Origin: Trichoplax adhaerens
Taxonomy: Eukaryota > Animalia > Placozoa
Reading direction: 5' to 3'
Assembly (NCBI RefSeq): GCF_000150275.1
Contig: NW_002060949.1
Coordinates: 333,861 to 397,860 of the forward strand
Length of the DNA stretch: 64,000 bases
A program made the translations under genes and the position numbers. The notes under the pieces were generated by a model that worked only from the letters and a program-made list of their open reading frames with translations, had not been told where the DNA came from and did not search any database. Positions 1 to 14,470 of the stretch are shown one piece after another. Every line of letters begins with the position of its first letter. Position 1 is the stretch's first letter.

Positions 1-3000
1 CAAATGAAAGCAATTGGCAGTTAATTTTTGATGGCAATGAAACAAGAGAGTTTAACGATATGGGACTGCATCCTTATACGGTATATTCATATCGTGTTAT
101 GGCATATAATTTAAAATACGGATTGAATGGATCAGAAAGCGAATCTATTAACGAAACAACAAAACAATCTGGTATGATATGATATAAATTGATAAACTAT
201 ACAGCAATAATGATGGTGGGTACATGTAGGAGTATATGTACGAGCTTATGTTTAGTGTATATAAATGATTAATATTATATGTATGGAACTTACATATATG
301 AATTGCAATCTTCTGAATATGTACGTATAAATAAGTACTTATAAGTAATACTTATGACTATTATACGTATTTAGCTCCAAGTGCACCGCCACAAGAAGTA
401 AAAGTATCAACAACAAATTCGACTAGTCTAAATGTAGTATGGCGATCACCACCTGATGGTAACAAGAACGGCATTATTACAGAGTATCTGATTCAATATA
501 AATCGGTATCAGAAGCATCATATAAAAATGTCAGTGTCGAGGGTAATATATTCAGTGTTGACCTTGTAAGTTTACAAATTTTCACCAACTATACGATAAC
601 GGTAGCTGCCAGAACTCAGGTTGGCCTAGGACCTAATAGTCCTAGTATAACAAGACGAACAGACGAAGACGGTTAGTTAAGTATATGAATTTACACTAAA
701 ACATGCTTACACTGTAATAAATTTATATTAATTATATTCTACATTATGTTATAAATATAGTATTCAAAGTAGTAACATTTAAATACTGTAGTTAAATATA
801 ATTAAATAGATAGAAGAAGGTAATGTAAAATTATTTACAGTACACATATTACGGAAACAAGATAAATATACTGTACTAAATGTACTGTATATTACAATAC
901 AATTATTAGCTGATATTTTATATATATACTGTAGTAATAAATAAATTCAATTATTTTATAGTAAGGAAATCAAATAGAGTATTAGATACGTTAATACGTG
1001 ATATTAAACGTTTATAAAGAGAATCATGTTTATTTATTTCAGTTCCTAGTATCGTTATGGATGTATCTGTAACGGTGATCAACTCGACTTCTATTAATAT
1101 TACATGGGGCGCACCATTAAAGCTAAACGGATACGTAGGATATAAATTAGAAAGGACATTAGCAAATGAAAGTCAATGGGAATTAATCTTCGACAGTACA
1201 ACAAGGGGATTTACTGATACAGGATTACATCCATATACAGTATATTCATACCGTGTTCTCGCATATAACTTAAAATACAACTTAAACAGCTCAGAAAGTC
1301 AAGAAGTTAACGGAACGACAGAACAATCTGGTATAGTATACAAATATAAAGCAATATAGTCTTTATTTACTTATTTAATTAATTAGTTAATAAATCAAGG
1401 ATATTATTTATGTAGCTATATACTATATTGTATAAATATGTATAGATATATGTGTAATATACATATATATATAAAATTATACTGCACATATAATACGATG
1501 GGAATTATTAATTATCATATATGCGTATTATATAATACACTTAGTTCCAAGTGCAGCACCACAAGAAGTAAAAGTATCAACAACAAATTCGACTAGTCTA
1601 AATGTAGTATGGCGATCACCACCTGATGGTAACAAGAACGGCATTATTACAGAGTATCTGATTCAATATAAATCGGTATCAGAAGTATCATATAAAAATG
1701 TCAGTGTCGAGGGTAATATATTCAGTGTTGACCTTGTAAGTTTACAAATTTTCACCAACTATACGATAACGGTAGCTGCCAGAACTCAGGTTGGCCTAGG
1801 ACCTAATAGTCCTAGTATAACAAGACGAACAGACGAAGACGGTTAGTTAAGTATATGAATTTACACTAAAACACGCTTACACTGTAATAAATTTATATTA
1901 ATTATATTCTACATTATGTTATAAATATAGTATTCAAAGTAGTAACATTTAAATACTGTAGTTAAATATAATTAAATAGATAGAAGAAGGTAATGTAAAA
2001 TTATTTACAGTACACATATTACGGAAACGAGATAAATATATTACTGTACTAAATGTACTGTATATTACAATACAATTATTAGCTGATATTTTATATATAC
2101 ACTGTAGTAATAAATAAATTCAATTATTTTATAGTAAGGAAATCAAATAGAGTATTAGATACGTTAATACGTGATATTAAACGTTTATAAAGAGAATCAT
2201 GTTTATCTATTTCAGTTCCTAGTATCGTTATGGATGTATCTGTAACGGTGATCAACTCGACTTCTATTAATATTACATGGGGCGCACCATTAAAGCTAAA
2301 CGGATACGTAGGATATAAATTAGAAAGGACATTAGCAAATGAAAGTCAATGGGAATTAATCTTCGACAGTACAACAAGGGGATTTACTGATACAGGATTA
2401 CATCCATATACAGTATATTCATACCGTGTTCTCGCATATAACTTAAAATACAACTTAAACAGCTCAGAAAGTCAAGAAGTTAACGGAACGACACAACAAT
2501 CTGGTATGATCTACATAAGATGATAATACTTTATTATGCGGTTGATATGTTTTATCGTTTAATCTTTATGTATATATGTAGATTTATTAGTAAATAACAT
2601 TTATAAAACATTACTTATTTTATGTCTAGTACCAAGTGCATCCCCACAAAAAGTACAAGTAACGACGATAAATTCAACTAGCTTAAAAGTAACGTGGAAA
2701 TCACCTCCTGATGGTAACAAGAATGGCATTGTTATTATATATCTGGTTCGATATAAATCAGTATCAGAACTGTCTTATAAAAATGCCAGTATGAATGGCA
2801 CCATTCTCAGCGTTGATTTGGCAAATTTAGAGATTTTTACAAACTATACGATATCGGTAGCAGCCGGAACTAGTATTGGCCTAGGGCCATATAGCCCCCA
2901 AATAACTGGTTTAACCGATGAAGACGGTAAGATGATTTTTATCCATATATATAAATTTGTATTTCTATCGTTTCTATGTGTTTAATTCATAAGATTCGTC

Positions 3001-6000
3001 AATCGATGCAAGGAAAAATCAGCTTACGGTAACAAACTTAGTTATTTAATTCAGTCTAAATCATTCCTCGCTTCATTTTACAGTGCCTCTGGATCCTCCA
3101 AGGAATATCTTAGTTGTTGATTATAACGCCACTGCTCTTCGAATACTATGGTCTCCACCAGTACGATCATATGGTAGAATTGCATATCTCGTTTATCAAA
3201 TAGGATCCGTGGCTAATACTGCAGATCTATTAATTTATAATGGATCCTTAACTGAAGCATATGCCAGAAATCTGGAAGAGTTCCGTAATTATACTTTCTT
3301 TGTGAAAGCATATAATATTAAGTATAACCTTGAAGGTCCTTCAAGCATCCACGCAGTTGGTGAAACAAGACAAGAAAGTAAGTTTATTCAGTTGTACCTT
3401 ATGCTTCTAGTTAAAAGGCACATATTTAACTTGGCATTTTTTTTGGTTTTGTTTATCAAATTGGCTTTTGGTATCATTTATAAAGAACCTAGTGAATCCC
3501 CTCAGTCTGTCATTGTCAGAGCCTTTAATTCAACCAGCCTAAATATCACATGGAGTCCACCACCGATTTTGCATCAAAATGGACACATTACCCAGTATAG
3601 ATTAATCTATTTCAAAGCTAACAATAGCGAAGTTTATTCTACCATTGTAGTTAACGGAAACAAGAGAAATATAATACTGGTTGGTTTAGACAAGTTTACC
3701 GCTTACAACGTCACAATAAGTGCTGCTACAGCTGTTGGTTTTGGCCCGTATAGCTCTTTAGTGAGTGTAAAAACGGATGAAGATGGTAAATCAAAGTCTC
3801 CATTTATTTAACCTAAGTTGTTCGATGCTTCATTTATTCTATTATTGACTACATTTATATGTGATCTCTAAATTAGCGCCTGAGAGCCCAGCGAACGATT
3901 TTAATGCGTTTACTATCAATTCTACGGCTATCTTTTTAAACTGGACAGTGCCCATTGTACCTAATGGCATCGTTGAATATTCAATTTATCAACAGCTCGA
4001 TTATTTGAATAGTCCTCAAGAAATAGTCTATCAAGGGCCTGATACATCTTATGTTGCCCGTAATCTGCATGCTTACTTTAATTATACTTATCGGATAGTC
4101 GTATATAATAAAAAATACAACTTAGAAGGTCCAAGTACTAAATCGATTAAAAGGCAAACTGATCAAGACGGTTAGTGGGTTTCAGGTGTTACACCTACGG
4201 CAAATAATAATAGAATATTGCTTGAGAAAATTGATGAGTAATTGTAATACTTTGTTTCAATACCATTATTTGAGAGAAGTTATTTAGGTAGTCCGAGAGT
4301 CTAGCGTTACAAATATTACCTTTAAGCATAACGCAATGAATGATCTTACTGAGATTCACCGCTATTTATCATATGCTAATGATAGTTATTATATACTTTA
4401 ATTTTTTTCACCTATGCAGCTCCAAGTGCTCCACCAAGGAATGTTACTGGTTTTGGAAATTCGTCAACTACCATTTATCTTAATTGGGATCCACCCTCAA
4501 TTTTTGATGAAAATGGTATCATCCTTTTGTATTCGATTCGATACATGAATATCCAAACAAATGTAACCGTGCAGAAGGAAGTCGTTGGAACTAGAAATTA
4601 TGCCCTTTTAGAGAATCTTAAAAAATGGAGCGAATACAGAATTGCGATCTCCTGTTCCACAGTTATTGGGAGAGGACCTTTTAGTGCAATTCTCTCTGTC
4701 ATGACTGATGAGGATGGTATGATGCATTTTATGAAATGTAGACTGTATTTAAATCCATATTTTATTAAATTTCTCACTTTTAAATGTTCTAATGTGTTAC
4801 AGTACCGGCGTCACCCGTACGGGATTTGAACATAACTGCCGTCAATTCTACCACTTTAATGGTGTCCTGGTTACCGCCCACTATCCCAAATGGAAGGGTT
4901 AAATTTCTTGTGTACTCAAATGCTGTTGATACAATTGGCAGCATACTTGCATGTAATGTAGAGCAACTGCATTGCAGCATAGTTGGTCTTCAAGAGTATA
5001 CGGACTACAACATTACTGTCGTCGTTTATAACTTTAAATATGATCTACTTGGACCGCCTAGCGAGAGCGTTGTTGGAAGAACTCTACAAGACGGTATAAT
5101 GGTTTATGTTGGAGACACTTTGTTTTCATTTGTGATTATTTTAACATTTGTTTTGTTCTATAGTTCCTTCAGCGCCACCAATGAATGTTTCTATTACTGT
5201 GCTTAGCGATACGAGTTTAGGAATACGTTGGAACGCTCCATTGCAAAAAGATCAAAATGGGATTATTACATCTTACCAGATTCGCTACAATATCAGCTCG
5301 TTAAATCCTATTAAGGAATCTTATTTTACAAATTATACCCTTTCCGGTTTATCAATTTTTACTGTTTATGGCATAGAAGTAAGAGCTAATACAGTAGTTG
5401 GTTCCGGACCATGGAGTGAAATTATATATAATAGGACGGATGAAGCCAGTAAGTTTCTTTATTATTTTGACCTTCAAATTTCAAGGAACTGAGCAAATAT
5501 ACTATTGCGATCTCGCACGCAATCGTACTTGGAGTACGTTACTAACTATTTAATATTTCGTACGTTACATTTATAGTTCCGGCTTTTAGTCCGAATATAA
5601 CAAGTATTTCTAATATTCAAAATACCACGGTTACATTGCACTGGCCGGTAAGCATGCAACATTTCAGATACGAGATTAAGGTTGACGTTAGCCAGTAGGC
5701 ATAAAATTTTGTTTCCTTTCTAGGCTTTAGCATTATCTGAAAGACATGGAATTATCATTGGCTTTCATATCATCCTAAACAATACAGATTTTGAAATATT
5801 TCAAAATGTCACCATATCTGCTGCTGATGCTAGTGTTTCTATTGGGGAGAGAAGCTACGTCATTACAAATCTGAAACCATTTTCTACATATGATATTGCA
5901 TTGCAAGTATTTAATAAGAAAGGCCCAGCAGCGATTGGATTTACTAAGTCTGTAAAGACGACGGAAGGAGGTAAATGAACAAACAGAAGAAAATTCTATT

Positions 6001-9000
6001 TTATATTTGCGGCTAGACAACACAATAATCGGGAATAGTTTTACTAATCTAGTATTAAATTTGATTTATAATTGAACCAGTTCCTACAGGTCCACCCATT
6101 AATGTAAATGCAAATTTGGTAGCAAGGTCAACATCTTTAAACATCACCTGGCAGTTACCGGTCGCTGATGATAGGAATGGAATTATCGACCGTTTCATAA
6201 TTTATTATGAACCTTTCGCCACTTCATCAACAATTCAGCAAACTGCCGTAGCCGGAAATATTACAAATTATCTTCTGCAAGGCTTACAGATTTGGACAAA
6301 CTATTCTATTTCTATCTGTGCTGTTACAATAGCTGTAGGACCTTGTAGTATAAACGTTTATACCCAGACCGATGAATCTGGTAGGTTCATACGAAGCGTC
6401 AATTGCCGTACTGGAAAGTTTACTTATTTCTAAATTGTTAAATTTTAGTTCCAAAGAACCCTCAAGACTTGACTGCGACTACAGTATCGACAACTCAAAT
6501 ACGTTTAAGTTGGAGGGCACCATTAGAGCCGAATGGAATAATTAAATATAACGTCTATGGTTCTCAAGTCTCACAACCTCCATATATTATCGGATCAACT
6601 GAATCATTATTTTTTTTCGTGCGTGGCTTGAAGCCCTACCATTACTACTCATTTTTTGTAAAAGCTTTAAATAAGAAATACTCGTTACTAAGTAACCAGA
6701 GTAATCTTGCAACAAATCGTACTTTGCAAGGTAAGATTGCGTAATAATACTTCACATTTCAGCAGAATTAGTGTTTGTTATCTCAGCAATAAATCTTTCT
6801 TTTTATACTTAGCTGCTCCTGGGCCCTTGCGTAATGTTACGGCCATACCACTATCTTCAACTTCTATTAATATCAATTGGCTGCCACCTTTACCGGAAGA
6901 ACTTAATGGAATAATTAGTAGATACAATGTCGAGTACAAACTTGTTGGGCGCAATGAAAGCAAGGTCGAAACTACTCTTAACAATGCAACGACTTCACTT
7001 ATTATTAGTGGCTTACGGAAATTTTCCGAATATCGAATAGTAGCTTACGCCATTAATGATTTCTTGGTGAGAGATGGCAACGGAACGACTTCTGCTCCTA
7101 TCACAGTTATAACGAAAGAAGATGGTAAGAAATCAAATTAATGGATGAACTTGAAATTAAATCCAACCTATTCTTATAGTCTGTTATATTACAATTTCAG
7201 CACCAAGTCAAGGACCCGTTCCGTCAATCATTGGTATTACAGATCGTCGCATTACTATTACTTGGAATGTATGTAATAGAATCTGATATCTGTCGTAGAA
7301 ATGAGCGTAACAGAAATGATAATAATAATGACTTTGATGATGTAATTATCTTATTAAATAAGGCTTGTAATTTTTCAGAAACTTGCCGTACAGTACAGAA
7401 ATGGGATAGTCAGAGGATATGTTATATCTTACTATGATCCGTGGAATATGATAAATAAAAACGTAAACTTAACTAGCAATGATTTATCTCTAAATGAGAG
7501 TAGCTTTGTTTTCGTTGTGAAAGCATTACATCCGTTTACAAACTACTCATTCGGTATCGCAGCGTATACTTCTGTCGGAGTTGGGCCGGCTAATGTTCAA
7601 GCACATGCTACAACGAACCAGTCTGGTATATTTGAATCGTATTAATTCTCAATTTTGCTGATTAAAATCTAGAATCAGTTACTGATTTATATAGTGGAGT
7701 GCGTTAGGAGACTTAAAAACTTATTTTCTTTAAACCTACTTTTCATTCTTGCAGCTCCGGACGCAGCTCCAAGAGGTGTTCAGGGAACAAACACGAGTGC
7801 CACAAGTATTTTGATAATGTGGTCTCCCCCAGTAGCAATTAGTATTAACGGAATCATCACGAAATATGTTGTGAAAGTGAATAATTTTACCAGAGAAACA
7901 ACTCTAAACCAAATTGAAGTTGCTCAACTCTCAGTCTTTACAAAATATGCAGTCCAAGTCGCTGCTTATACTGTTGATATTGGTCCTTTCAGTAGCCTCA
8001 TATACATTTACACGGATGAATTGAGTAGGATTTGTGAAGCTATTTCTATTCTGCTGAGTCGTAGCGTTAGCAGTTAGGTGTTTTCTTACTAAAGTTCACT
8101 ATATTTTCTTGTTTTTTAATAGCTCCAGGATCCGTCGCTGTGTTGAATGCAACAATAATTCCTCCACAAATTCCAGTAACTGACCGTTCTCCTGTTGGAT
8201 TGCAAGTTAATTGGTTTGCACCTGCAATGCCTAATGGAATTATTATAGACTATGTACTAGAATATTTCCCGACTAGAAATGCGAGCTTGATCCGAACTGT
8301 TACTGTCGATTGCTGTTTCTATTCTATTAATGATTTAGGTATTTCATAAAGTGTAAAATAAACAAAGTATCTAGGAATTATATCAAACTTATCATTAAAC
8401 TTTCGGCTCGGCTCCATATTAAAAGTTGCTTGAATCTTTCAGTTGCATTTCAGTATTACAACGTTTCGTTGACTCCTTCTACTTCCAAGGGATATGGTAG
8501 CACGGCTATGATCATGATTAGAACAGACTCTACGGGTAAATTACTGTATTAATGAATCGTAAAAATGTATTCAATAGCCTGAAAATTTTTTATCTATTAT
8601 GTAGTTCCGTCCGAGGTTCGCTCTTTAGAAGTTGCACGGACAACATCTACAGAAATAGATATAGAATGGCAATCCCCGTTGCGTCCAAATGGCTTAGTTA
8701 ATTACACTATTTCTTATAGAACCAGTCGTGCATCGCTCGATACTGTAATATATACCAACGATACCTATGCTAAATTGGAAAATCTAGAAAAATATACTTT
8801 TTATCATATTTCCGTTCAGTCGTATAATCGAGAAAAATTATTGCCCAGTTCTAAATCACCGATGAATATTACTATTCGAACACAAATAGCTGGTAAACAA
8901 TTAATGAATTATTATTCTGATATCTTTACATAATTTATTAAAGAACGTGAAAGACTTGTATTTATATTAATGACTTAAATAATCTTAAATATTCTTAAAA

Positions 9001-12000
9001 TTTTGTAGCTCCTGATGATTCTCCACAGAATGTGACGGTGATGGCAATTAATCAGACAAAAATATTTGTATCATGGAAACCACCTGCAAAGCCAAACGGT
9101 GTAATAGCAAGATACGTAATAAGGCAAACCAACACTGCTAATGAAATCATTGGTGTTGACACTTACGTCAGCAATAGAACTAACGAAACATTGATTAATT
9201 TGTCACCAAATACGCTGTATGGAATAAGTGTACGTGCTGCGACTTCGAGAGGAAATGGACCATTTTCGCAAGCTGTATTTATAAAAACAAACCGCTACGG
9301 TATGGTCATTCTATATTAGACTATAGGTTATCAGTCGTGTAACATCGTTAATATCGTAACTATTGAAACTTTTTATTGTAGTTATATCGCCAGGTTCTTC
9401 TCCGACAGTAAATCAAACTGGTTCTGATAACGTTGTGATAAATATCCAGCCACCCAATCAAGCTGCTGGAACTAATAATGCACTGTTAGTATGCCAAAAT
9501 TTGGGATACGTACTGCCCTGTAAATAATAAAGATATACCTTATCGTGTACATGTATCCGATTAGCGGACACATGCTATGCTGTTTTTGATGGTTAACTTT
9601 TCTTTTCCAAAACGAATTTTGTGTTATAGGTATTATCAAGTGATTGTGGTTCGAGTAGCGAAAAATGCTGAGCTTGATCTTTCACCAATTCAGTTATCAG
9701 AGCGAATCAGACCGTTTAATGATAGCAGGCAGCCAGATTTAAACGTTCCTTATATAACATGCCAGTTCCTTGCTAGTGACTATAGTAAAAGAAAGGCGTT
9801 TATCATTGGAAGTAGGTCAGAAAAGTGTAGTGGAAATGTAACTAGCAGCCAAAGCAGGAGGAAAAGAGCTACGTCATGCGACAACTACGATTATAAAAAC
9901 CCTTCGCTATCTCCAAGTTCATATTACTTATTCTTTACTCGTGCCATTCTTGATTGTACCGATCCTACACAGGTAAATGCCTGCATTAAAAACTTCAACA
10001 TACAGTACAGTTTCGTACTACATTGGTATATGGTGGGCATTATTTGTAATATCTAATAATCGTAACTGCTTACATTCACATATTTGCTTAATTCATGTAT
10101 AGATCACCTACTCTTTCAGCCAAATTTCCGTTACTATCGAAACTGGTATGTACCATTTAGCGTTAGTGTATGTATGTATGTATGTATGTATAAGTTAAAA
10201 TATATTCGAAACTAATGTAACCTTCTCAAGTGACTATATATTTCTGATTTGTTTAGCTTTTAATCCAAGCATAACTATAGCCATTGCTATCGTTGTTTCG
10301 ATAATCATTCTTGGTATTGCGACTGGAGGTTTTATCTATTGGAGGTTAGTTTATCAAGGATTTTTTGGCTCTCCTAGAGTGCTCGATAGCATGCATATAT
10401 AGTAATCTATTAAGCGACACAAACTATTGTGGAGTTTGCCATGCTTAAATTAACAAAGTTGATGGCTGTAACGTAAATAATACGATATAGGAAATATTAC
10501 CAACCACTCCACAAAGATAGCAAGAGCAATAATTCGTTACTACTGACACAGTTGACTGATAGCCATGTGAATAACCATATGCAAGATATTACCGAAAGAT
10601 CAGGTATCATGGTTGTAGTCAAGAGTTAATATTGATACGCTGTAAGTTAAAGTGAAAACCGTTTCAAATACAAATATGAAATGCCCTTTTATATTTTATT
10701 ACAGGTAAGCCAATAAGTGCCTCGGAATTCTCACTACATGTATCCAATTTGCATAAGGATGGAGATATTGGATTCTCTCAACAGTACAGTGTAAGATCAT
10801 TTAATTAATTATAATTAATTACCGATTAAAAACGTGTACTGAATATTAACTGTTGATTTAAATACTTTATTTTCATTCTAACCATTTATACAGCCAATTT
10901 TTTTGCTTTTGGTATTAAGTTCTGATCGTAAATTTTTTTAGACCATTCAACAAATAAATAACAAGCATGAATCAAATTGCGGGCGACATCCTTTCAACAT
11001 TAAGAAAAATCGCTATGCCAATATTACATGCTGTATGTAACCGTATAATTGGAATACCTGCAATATTCTTTTTCATTCCGTTATAGCGACTTAATATTAT
11101 TACAGATGATCACTCGCGAGTTAGACTTGCGCCTGTGGATGGTGAAGAAGGGTCGGATTATATTCATGCCAATTATATTGATGTATGAAATCTTATTCTT
11201 CTGCAGGAGTCTATACTTAAAAAATAGTTTAACTGTTCTTTTTATTTATTAATCTAATTTACTAACTAGGGTTTTGGCGAGACTGCAGCTTATATTGCAA
11301 CTCAAGGTAAACTAGATGTGTTTATGAATGAGGGTTTGATTCAATGCAGTTATATCTTAATGTAATGTTTAAGCGTAATTTTAAAAACCTGCATGCAATG
11401 CTTTTAGGACCTACGAAAGCTACAGTTGCTGACTTTTGGCGCTTGGTGTGGGAGAAAGAGATATCTACCATAGTGATGTTAACCAATGTCGTAGAGAATC
11501 GAAGAGTAAGGATGTAATAACGTACATGCAAGTGGATGACATTACATCAATTTATTAAATTGTAAATCTCTAATTTGTCTTGTCCGCAGGAAAAGTGCCT
11601 TCAATACTGGCCGACGGAAAATGAAGAAAGATTTAAATCAATTACAGTTAAAATTGTTGAATCCTTTAATTTAGCAGATTATACTGTAAGGCGGTTTGAA
11701 TTATGCAAAGTAAGGATAACTAGTTATTGATTACGAGATCTAACACTTTTAAGCTTAAATGTTCAGGTGAAATCATTCTGTAAATTTTTTACATTCTTTA
11801 ACAGGAAGGGAATGAGAAGAGTCATGAAACTACTCAATTCCATTATACGTCTTGGCCTGACCATGGTGTGCCAAAGCATTCTACTTCAATCCTTAGTTTC
11901 GTAAGGAAGTCTAGCATTTTTCATAGTAATAACAAGACAGGACCAATGCTTGTTCACTGCAGGTTAGCCTGATAACGTAACGATTGAAAAAATATGTAAT

Positions 12001-14470
12001 TGATAAATTGGATTAAAATTTAATCTTATTATTGGCTTCTTTCTTGTTTGTGAAGTGCTGGTGTAGGAAGAACAGGAACCTACATTACACTAGATGCTAT
12101 GTTGAAAAGATTAAGAAAAGATAAGACTGTTGATGTTATGGGATTTGTTGTGAATATGAGAAAAAATAGAAACTATATGGTTCAAACCGAGGTATTATTT
12201 GCTGATTGGAGAAGGTCCTTTTGCTCACCCTTAAGCTATTTCTTCTTTATTCAATATTTAGACGCAATATATATTCATACATGATGCTTTGGTCGAGGCT
12301 GTAAGATGCGGAAATACATCAGTTGCGGCACATAATTTTTCTGAATACTATCGCAATTTGAAAATGCAGCAACCGAATGGTGATAAAACACTGCTAGAAG
12401 CTGAATATTCGGTAAATATACAATTATTATATATGAAGTATGATATATCTGAATATGTAGTCATGCAGAATGTGAAGATCCTTCTCATTATCAATAGAAT
12501 CTTCGAAATATTTCATATGATCGAAAAATTTGTGAGGGAAAGAAATCATATAACGTAAATAAGAACCGAGATAAATCTATATTTCCGGGTAATTTGCGAC
12601 TAGTAGAAAGCTCATTTATTGCGATATTTTTTACCAATTTATTGAGCTTTATTATATGAGAATGCTATGACTGCTATGTGTTAGATGACGAATACCGTGT
12701 TCGCTTATCAATGGTACCTGGAATTGATGGATCTGACTATATTAACGCTGGTTATGTTGATGTAAGTAGATTAAACATGGTGTGTAAGGAGTCGGAAAAC
12801 ATTTTTATTTAATGGTGATCATCGAGGTGCATAAAAGAGAGAATGAAATTGTCTTGAGATTTATGTAATTAACATTTTGTTTATACAGGGATATCGTCGA
12901 ACGAAGGCGTACATTGTGACACAAATCCCCTTAGACAGCACTATAGGAGACTTTTGGAGAATGATCTGGGAACAACAATGTCGTGTAATTGTAGCATTAA
13001 CTACAGAAAGTGATCACGAACTGGTTTGCAACTAGCTCCTTATCAGCTGGATTGTTTCTGTTTCACCAAGCATTTTAATTTTTAGTTCTAAGATTTTATC
13101 CATTAATTTAATTTCAGTATGCTAAGTACTTACCCAGCGTCAAAAAGAAGAAGATATTTGAAGAAATATCTGTAGAAGCGTTAAAACAACGTAAAAATGA
13201 ATCTTACGTGTCAACTGATCTAAAATTATTTCATAAACAGGTTCTTGATAATGTTTTAATATTAACATACCATATATTATGGCAATCATATTAGTAAAAG
13301 TGCTTTTCGCTTATCTAAGTATTTTATTGTATTGAAGGAGTCAGCTTCGAAAATTGTCCGCCATCTTCACTACCTAAATTGGAAGAATGAAGCTCTATCA
13401 CAGCACAGTCAAGATATTGTAGATTTAATAGATCAGGCTGAAAAAATACAACCTCCGAACCGAAATAAAGCCATGACTGTCATTTCCAGGTACTGACATT
13501 GATTGCAAATGAGTTTAGTAAACAACCAGTTGAAACTATTCCTTTCTTTAGAACTGGAACTGGCCCCGCTGGAATGTTCATCACACTCGCAATATCACTA
13601 GACAAACTTAAAACAGAAAAAGAAGTAGATATTTTTCAAATAGTAAATAAATTGAGGAGCCAAAGACCAGGCATTATGCAAACACAGGTAATATAACACT
13701 TATTTGGTATTACTGTAAAGATACGCGAAAGCACTGCATGAGCAAATTAATAGATGATAATATTTACGAATATGCTACGAAAGATGAGCTTGAAAATCTG
13801 GGTATTTTTGACATAATGAAATCTCACTAACCGAGGAGTGATGGCATACGTTACTATGAGCTACGGACTTATAATATGATATAATAACGGCTGTAATTAT
13901 CAGTAAATAATGCCTTCAATAGCAAATTTCTTAAATGCTGAAAGAGATTTATTTTTGGGTACTGTATGTTAACACCAGTTTAAGTCACTAAGTAATGCTA
14001 AAGAGCGATTAAGTGGAGCAGTTCATTCCGATTTTTGAATACTATCGAATTAATTCAGAAGCAATAATAGTGTATAAAAGGCGATTTTGGCAATATATTG
14101 TGCATATATTTTTGTTACCGTTGCAGCTATGAGTCTTATTGAAAATAGTGCATTCTTTAATTATAAAGATTTTTAAAGAAATATATGAAGCATTATTTGT
14201 GCATCATAATTGCCATGCTCAGTCTCTCGAATCTTGTAATTATATTCGACTACCAAATGCTCATCTATGTAGAAAGATAAGGCAGCAATCTTTGATAAAA
14301 TCGGAATCATCAATTTTCTTTTGCTATAATTTTATGTAGTGCTAAATAATATTTTAGGTAATATTGTAATCCATGATCTTCCAATTTTTTTGCTAAAGTC
14401 GCGCATCATATTCTTATTTCAGGACCAATATACGTTCTGCTATGAAACATTGGTAGAATACATGAAATGA
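1..14470 (+). CDS. Receptor-type protein tyrosine phosphatase, multi-exon, 5'-truncated by the window: at least 21 FN3 repeats, juxtamembrane domain with furin site, TM helix, tandem PTP domains D1 and D2
   Basis: Successive FN3 exons, mostly one repeat per exon with phase-1 borders, run from <1 to about 9299. TM exon at about 10257-10344 ([26 protein letters not shown]). D1 motifs: [69 protein letters not shown]2 motifs: [18 protein letters not shown]. Last exon is [15 protein letters not shown], with TGA ending at 14470. Confidence 0.95.
374..2503 (+). repeat. Near-identical internal tandem duplication (period about 1170-1173 bp) of two FN3 exons plus the intron between them
   Basis: About 374-1330 is almost identical to about 1544-2503, including the ~370-bp intron. 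ORFs 1057-1359 and 2230-2523 encode the same FN3 apart from TTEQS versus TTQQS. Confidence 0.95.
10167..10190 (+). repeat. Short (GTAT)n microsatellite in an RPTP intron
   Basis: About six tandem GTAT units. Confidence 0.7.
10705..12411 (+). other. PTP domain D1 (catalytically intact), spread over about 10 exons
   Basis: KNRY loop, WPD loop (SWPDHGVP, about 11850), P-loop [10 protein letters not shown] split by the intron at about 11962-12055, and Q-loop QTETQY. Confidence 0.92.
12498..14470 (+). other. PTP domain D2 (pseudophosphatase)
   Basis: PTP scaffold motifs are kept, but the WPD loop reads WKN and the P-loop reads [11 protein letters not shown], with no catalytic Cys or Arg. Confidence 0.85.

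Noticed and set aside
3378-3485. Hydrophobic TM-like stretch inside ORF 3083-3811
   Set aside because: It is a 108-nt GT-AG intron between two FN3 exons that happens to be open in frame; T-rich introns translate as hydrophobic.
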